Source: Thainema sp. | GTDB taxonomy: Bacteria > Cyanobacteriota > Cyanobacteriia > Phormidesmidales > Phormidesmidaceae | Assembly (NCBI GenBank): GCA_052168235.1 | Contig: JBQLZK010000018.1 | Coordinates: 1 to 64,000 of the forward strand | Length of the DNA stretch: 64,000 nt | Direction: 5' to 3' | Shown: one piece after another, positions 59,506 through 64,000 of the stretch | How positions within the stretch are numbered: the stretch's first letter is position 1 | Layout of the letters: each line of letters begins with the position of its first letter | Program-made: the position numbers and the translations under genes | Notes under the pieces: model-generated | Told to the model about the DNA's origin: nothing | The model's input: only the letters and a program-made list of their open reading frames with translations | The model's database searches: none

Positions 59506-60273
59506 ATGGTTGCTCCATTACCACCAGTCCGAACACAGCTCTCTTCCCAGTCACATGACTATCAGCAGTTTTCTGAGCAATATTCAAAATTGCAAATCGA
59601 GAACACCTACTTTTTAGCGTTTAGATCAGTGGCTGAGCTGCTCGGGCGTTATTTGGGTAATGACAGTAACAGCAAGCGAACGCTCGATTTTGGCTGTGGA
59701 ACAGGCCGATCAACTCGGTTTTTACATAGCCTTGGATTGGATACAGTTGGCGTCGATATTAATCCCTTTATGCTGAGTCGGGCCCGGCAGGCAATGGAGG
59801 GTGATTACTATCTACTGGATTCAGAGCAGTTGCCGTTTGCCGCAAAGCATTTTGACATCATATTTCAAAGCTTTGTGCTGCTTGAATACAGCTCTATTGC
59901 TCAGATGACTGACTCATTTGAGGAGTTTCACCGTGTATTAGCGGATGATGGCCTCATCACAGTCGTAACGGGTTCAGAAGACTACTATCGTCATGATTGG
60001 TTGTCGTTTGAAATGGGTGATACTCAAGAGCAAACGCTAGAGTCCGGCTGTCAAGTCCAGGTGTCGATCCGGGGCACAGATGTCGTTCTGTTTGACTACT
60101 ACTGGACAGATAGTGATTATCGGCATGTCTTTCAACAAACTGGCTTGGAAGTTGTTGATGTTGTGCAACCCCTAGCTCAAGGCGATGAACCGTTCAACTG
60201 GGTCAATGAATGTGAGTTTCCCTGTTGGTCAATTTACGTGTTGAAAAAGCAAAGAACAGCCCCATTTAGTTAA
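59506..60273 (+). CDS. Class I SAM-dependent methyltransferase
   Basis: TLDFGCGTGRS, VGVDI, LPF...FDII and RVL..DG motifs; ATG at 59506 after GGAG. Confidence 0.9.
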   Translation: MVAPLPPVRTQLSSQSHDYQQFSEQYSKLQIENTYFLAFRSVAELLGRYLGNDSNSKRTLDFGCGTGRSTRFLHSLGLDTVGVDINPFMLSRARQAMEGDYYLLDSEQLPFAAKHFDIIFQSFVLLEYSSIAQMTDSFEEFHRVLADDGLITVVTGSEDYYRHDWLSFEMGDTQEQTLESGCQVQVSIRGTDVVLFDYYWTDSDYRHVFQQTGLEVVDVVQPLAQGDEPFNWVNECEFPCWSIYVLKKQRTAPFS

Positions 60274-60332
60274 GTTGACGATTTTGAATTGCCCCAAAGA
60301 ATGGCATAGGAAATTTTAGAGGATTTAAATTC

Positions 60333-61811
60333 ATGGTTGCTGAGTTGCGAAAGTCAGCCTCAATGCACATGCATGAGGACAATAATGTCGTTCAAATTTT
60401 GCTTGAAGATGTTGCACAAACATTTGGCACAGCAGGTGGAACAGTTTACCTAAGCGGAATTGATGCTCAAACATTTTTATCTGCTAATCCAGAACAGGTC
60501 TTGGCACAATTACAACGACTCACTCATCAAGGAGTTGAGCTACAAATTTTGACTCGTTCTCGAAATATGTCTCAACTCCAGTCGATTAAAGCAGTCTATC
60601 GCTGGATGCCTGAACACGCATTTAGTCCAACTCCTATTTTGATTTATGGCAACAAAGTCGCCACAATCATTTGGAATCAGCCACACCGTGCAGTAGTCAT
60701 CGAAGATTTTGCTGTTGCGGATACCTATCGTAAGCAGTTTCTTTGGATGTGGTCAGAGGCGGAGCTGCCGTCTGTTCACAGTAATTCTCTGGACGGTAAG
60801 ACCCGTTTAGCGGAAGGCATTATCAAGCGTTATGGTGGGCGAGTTTCTTACATTACGTCTAAGGATCGAACCCTATTTCGAACATTTCGAGAAACCGATC
60901 CGAATCCGGGCTATGGCAACAGCTTTTATTATCTGTGTCAGGCAGTTAATGGATTGGGACCAGATAAACTGGGCCTGAAATACTTTGATGGTCGCATGCT
61001 GGTGACGATTGGCATTGGCGATCGCTTTTCTCTGGGTGGAAGTTGGCACTACCATGTGACCAATCCGATGGGTGAGTTTGATGCAGAGAGTTTGATGACG
61101 CTATCTCAGCATTTGCTGGAGCTGAGTGGCGTTCCCGTATTTGTGAAAAAGCTGACTCTGGAAGAGCGTGACCAGCTACTTCAGAGCGGGTTTTCGCCTA
61201 TCGAAGATTATCCCTGGCATGCCCAAGCTATGGAAGAAGATGATACGTTCCCAGAGCAAATTGTGGACGTTGATGTGGTGCTGGGCAAATTGGAAGCTGC
61301 CGAATACAGTAGCCTAAAGCGTAACTATCATCAGTACTGTGCCAAGTTCGGCGAACAAACCACGTGGGAACTGTTAGGTAAAGATAACAGCGAAGATAAT
61401 TCAGCGGAAGCAGATGCGATCGTACAAGAATTCTTTGAATATCTTGATGTCAAGCAGCTGCACATTTCGCGTCCGAGCGACTACGACAATATCATCCACT
61501 ATCCGCCGATTGGGGCAAATGGCAAAGCTTACTTCTCTCGTTTGGTGCGGGTTGAAGGTGAAGCGGCAGGCTTCTTTGCGATGGAACCCGTCAGTCCAGA
61601 TATGGCTGGACTATATGCCAGTATCACACTGCATCGGAAGTTTCCTTATCTGTCAGAGTACTTAATTGTTGAGTGCTGCAAACTGCTGAAGCAAGCGGGT
61701 TATCGCTACTTGAATTTGGGCGGATCGGAAACCTCAGGTCTATTTGGCTTCAAGGAGAAGTTCTCTCCAGTCGAGTACAACAGAATGTACTGGGTTGTGT
61801 ACAAAATGTAA
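60333..61811 (+). CDS. Fusion protein: TrmB-C/PLD-like N-terminal domain + DUF2156/LPG-synthase-C-like GNAT domain
   Basis: IYGNKVATIIW...AVVIED..VADTYRKQFLWMW in the N-terminal part; YLSEYLI..C..L...GYRYLNLGGSETSGLFGFKEKFSP at the C-terminus. Confidence 0.6.
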   Translation: MVAELRKSASMHMHEDNNVVQILLEDVAQTFGTAGGTVYLSGIDAQTFLSANPEQVLAQLQRLTHQGVELQILTRSRNMSQLQSIKAVYRWMPEHAFSPTPILIYGNKVATIIWNQPHRAVVIEDFAVADTYRKQFLWMWSEAELPSVHSNSLDGKTRLAEGIIKRYGGRVSYITSKDRTLFRTFRETDPNPGYGNSFYYLCQAVNGLGPDKLGLKYFDGRMLVTIGIGDRFSLGGSWHYHVTNPMGEFDAESLMTLSQHLLELSGVPVFVKKLTLEERDQLLQSGFSPIEDYPWHAQAMEEDDTFPEQIVDVDVVLGKLEAAEYSSLKRNYHQYCAKFGEQTTWELLGKDNSEDNSAEADAIVQEFFEYLDVKQLHISRPSDYDNIIHYPPIGANGKAYFSRLVRVEGEAAGFFAMEPVSPDMAGLYASITLHRKFPYLSEYLIVECCKLLKQAGYRYLNLGGSETSGLFGFKEKFSPVEYNRMYWVVYKM

Positions 61812-61865
61812 GAGTTTTCTCCGACTGAGCTTGTGTAAATTGGGATGTAGGAGAAGTCCTACATT

Positions 61866-61966
61866 CTCACATCTTGCACCTTGTACTTTGAAAACCCGAA
61901 GAGGTTGTTTTGCCGCCGCGATGCGGCGGCAAAACAACCCTTCTGGGTTTTAGTGCAAGATGTGAG
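61866..61966. mobile_element. 101-bp MITE with 14-bp perfect TIRs
   Basis: CTCACATCTTGCAC ... GTGCAAGATGTGAG, flanked by ACATT / ACATC; internal hairpin GGTTGTTTTGCCGCCGC-gat-GCGGCGGCAAAACAACC. Confidence 0.8.
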
Positions 61967-62010
61967 ACATCCCAATTCGTAGTTATTAATCCTTCAAATC
62001 TGAAATATCC

Positions 62011-62787
62011 CTAAAACGGGTAGCTCATCACCACTACTCTGGTGCTGGACGGTAAGCTGCTAGAGCTGACCGTCAGCGTGTCGCTGCCAACCTGCCGAAC
62101 ATCTGCACCGCTCATGATGTCCAGAAATGGCTCGATGGGGTCGAGTGCGTAATCGCCTGCACAGTTATCTGCGGCGGCTTGCGTTCGGTAGTGAGTTGGG
62201 ACAACAATCTTCGGATTGAGCAGGTCAATTGCGGCCCTCGCTTCCTGGGCACTATACGCTTTAGCGCTGTTGCCTACAGGCACAAATAGAATATCTGGAC
62301 GACCCAGGAGTACCTGCTGCTCAAACTCTAGAGGAGCGGCTGCCCCGCCCAGATGTACTAAGTTCAGTCCGCCTTGATTCCACTTCCAGATCAAGTTTGT
62401 GCCAAATCGCCGCCCGCCTTCGCGATCGTGATCAACCGGAATGCCTTGAACAGCTAGGCCCCGAAATTCAAAAATGCCAGACTCGGCCAGTACACGCGGA
62501 TCACCGGGTAGGTTTTCCACTGCACCTTCATCCAGCAAGCGGCTGCTAATCATGACCAGATCAGCCGCTGCGTTAGGCGCACGGTAGCCCGCTGTGCAGC
62601 CAATTGGCTGAAACGGATTAACTAACGTCCGAATACCGCCACCTGTGACCAAAAAGCAGGTATGCCCTAGCCATTTCACTGTGACGCTCGTTTGGGCCTG
62701 AACCGCTTGCCAATTAGAAGCTAAGCCTGCGCCTAGCGTTGTCAGAAAGGCAGCGCCTGCGTAGCGAATAAGGTTTCTCCGTTTCAT
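62011..62787 (-). CDS. MBL-fold metallo-hydrolase-like protein with Tat signal
   Basis: MKRRNLI twin-arginine signal, WLGHTCFL, HDREGG, VHLG and VPTHY motifs. Confidence 0.85.
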   Translation of the reverse strand: MKRRNLIRYAGAAFLTTLGAGLASNWQAVQAQTSVTVKWLGHTCFLVTGGGIRTLVNPFQPIGCTAGYRAPNAAADLVMISSRLLDEGAVENLPGDPRVLAESGIFEFRGLAVQGIPVDHDREGGRRFGTNLIWKWNQGGLNLVHLGGAAAPLEFEQQVLLGRPDILFVPVGNSAKAYSAQEARAAIDLLNPKIVVPTHYRTQAAADNCAGDYALDPIEPFLDIMSGADVRQVGSDTLTVSSSSLPSSTRVVVMSYPF

Positions 62788-62942
62788 GTTGACTCTACCG
62801 TGTCTCCTAGCCACACCAAATGAGATACTCCTTAACATACTATGACAGTGCCAAGTTAGCTTTGGGAGATTCATCCCAGCAGAATTGATCTCCTAACGCA
62901 AACTTGGTGAATCATCAGTTAAGGTGACTGCCTGAATAGACG

Positions 62943-63572
62943 TTACGAAACCGAGGAAGTTGCCGAAACGGGCATAATCGGTTGAGAGAGTTGCGCCAAA
63001 AAATTGATCAAAAGCTGTTTGCCAGAGGTGGTCAAAATGCTTTCTGGGTGGAACTGCACCCCTTCGATATGAGGATAGGTGCGATGACGAACCCCCATGA
63101 TCGTGCCGTCTTCGACCCAGGCAGTAATTTCTAACTCAGCCGGACAGGTATCTCGCTCAATCACCAGGCTGTGATAGCGGGTGGCAATGAACGGATTATC
63201 GAGACCTGCGAAAACGCCTGTGTTGGTGTGATGCACCATTGAGGTTTTGCCGTGCATCAGCTCCGGAGCAGAGGTAACGGTACCACCAAAGACTTGACCG
63301 ATGCTTTGATGGCCCAGACAGACGCCCAGAATAGGAAACTCTGGCCCTAGTTCACGAATCAAGTCCAGCGAGACTCCTGCATCTTCGGGGCGACCTGGCC
63401 CCGGCGAAATTACAATGCCGTCTGGCTTGAGTGCCCGAATTTGATCCAGCGTAATCTGATCGTTGCGATAGACCTGAATATCAGCGGCTACTGGCAAGTT
63501 AGCTCCCAGTTCGCCTAGATATTGCACCAGGTTGTAGGTGAAGCTGTCGTAGTTATCAATGACAAGAATCAT
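62943..63572 (-). CDS. trpG: Anthranilate/aminodeoxychorismate synthase component II (glutamine amidotransferase)
   Basis: [30 protein letters not shown] and [11 protein letters not shown] at 63572. Confidence 0.93.
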   Translation of the reverse strand: MILVIDNYDSFTYNLVQYLGELGANLPVAADIQVYRNDQITLDQIRALKPDGIVISPGPGRPEDAGVSLDLIRELGPEFPILGVCLGHQSIGQVFGGTVTSAPELMHGKTSMVHHTNTGVFAGLDNPFIATRYHSLVIERDTCPAELEITAWVEDGTIMGVRHRTYPHIEGVQFHPESILTTSGKQLLINFLAQLSQPIMPVSATSSVS

Positions 63573-64000
63573 AGGAGTGCTGCCGAATGTGCCCAATATC
63601 CTTGAACTAGGGTAACAAATGGCGGCAGCAAAAGGAGTAGTGCGATCGCAACTGCCACTAGCGCAAAAATCATAACCGCCGCTGCCGCACAATCTTTGGC
63701 AATCTTGGCCAGTTCGTGATAGGTCTGCTGCACCGTTAGATCGACGACTGACTCTAGAGCCGTATTCAGCAGCTCCATTGCCATCACAGCGCCGCAGGTG
63801 AGAACGATGACTGCAATTTCAACAGTTGAAAGATGTAAAGCAAATGAAGCTGCGATCGCAGCTCCACCAATCAGCACGTGAATTCGAAAATTTCGCTGAG
63901 AACGAAAAGCGTAGCGGATGCCGCCCCAAGCATATCGAAAGCTGATCCACAGGTTTGTCGCAACTCGCCATGACAGTTCACGATCGGTTGAGATTGGTTT
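63569..64000 (-). CDS. dgkA: Diacylglycerol/undecaprenol kinase family protein (5' end beyond the window)
   Basis: [35 protein letters not shown] and [12 protein letters not shown]. Confidence 0.9.
   Translation of the reverse strand, partial: KPISTDRELSWRVATNLWISFRYAWGGIRYAFRSQRNFRIHVLIGGAAIAASFALHLSTVEIAVIVLTCGAVMAMELLNTALESVVDLTVQQTYHELAKIAKDCAAAAVMIFALVAVAIALLLLLPPFVTLVQGYWAHSAALL

Noticed and set aside
1..64000. High density of GCGATCGC
   Set aside because: This is HIP1, a well-known genome-wide cyanobacterial feature; only the special arrangements at 25160 and 58910 are reported.

Overview
Chromosomal window from a cyanobacterium. HIP1 (GCGATCGC) is very frequent, and ndhL, ocp/frp/crtW, Yfr1 and an intron-containing tRNA-Leu(UAA) are present. 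The gene repertoire suggests a filamentous Leptolyngbya-like strain (inference). Most genes are housekeeping: trpA, glmS, guaB, dtd, murG, glcE-like, bioY, lspA, purD, trpG and dgkA. Four accessory parts stand out. (1) A 1.9-kaa caspase-STAND-TM-WD40 protein. (2) A 25.1-29.0 kb island with two different tandem arrays, REP-like doublets, an AT-rich DUF4238 gene and a small gene behind a long structured leader RNA. (3) A co-oriented secretion/signalling cluster at 39.9-50.5 kb: small secreted protein ending in GGGTR, PEP-CTERM Zn-metalloprotease, TpsA/FHA-like protein, TPR-CHAT protease, DUF928 and CHASE2-GGDEF. (4) A methyltransferase plus a TrmB-C-like/DUF2156-like fusion. Several 80-105 bp MITE-like elements with central perfect hairpins lie in intergenic regions. 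No CRISPR array, rRNA gene or intact transposase was seen. All family assignments come from motif recognition by eye, not from database searches.
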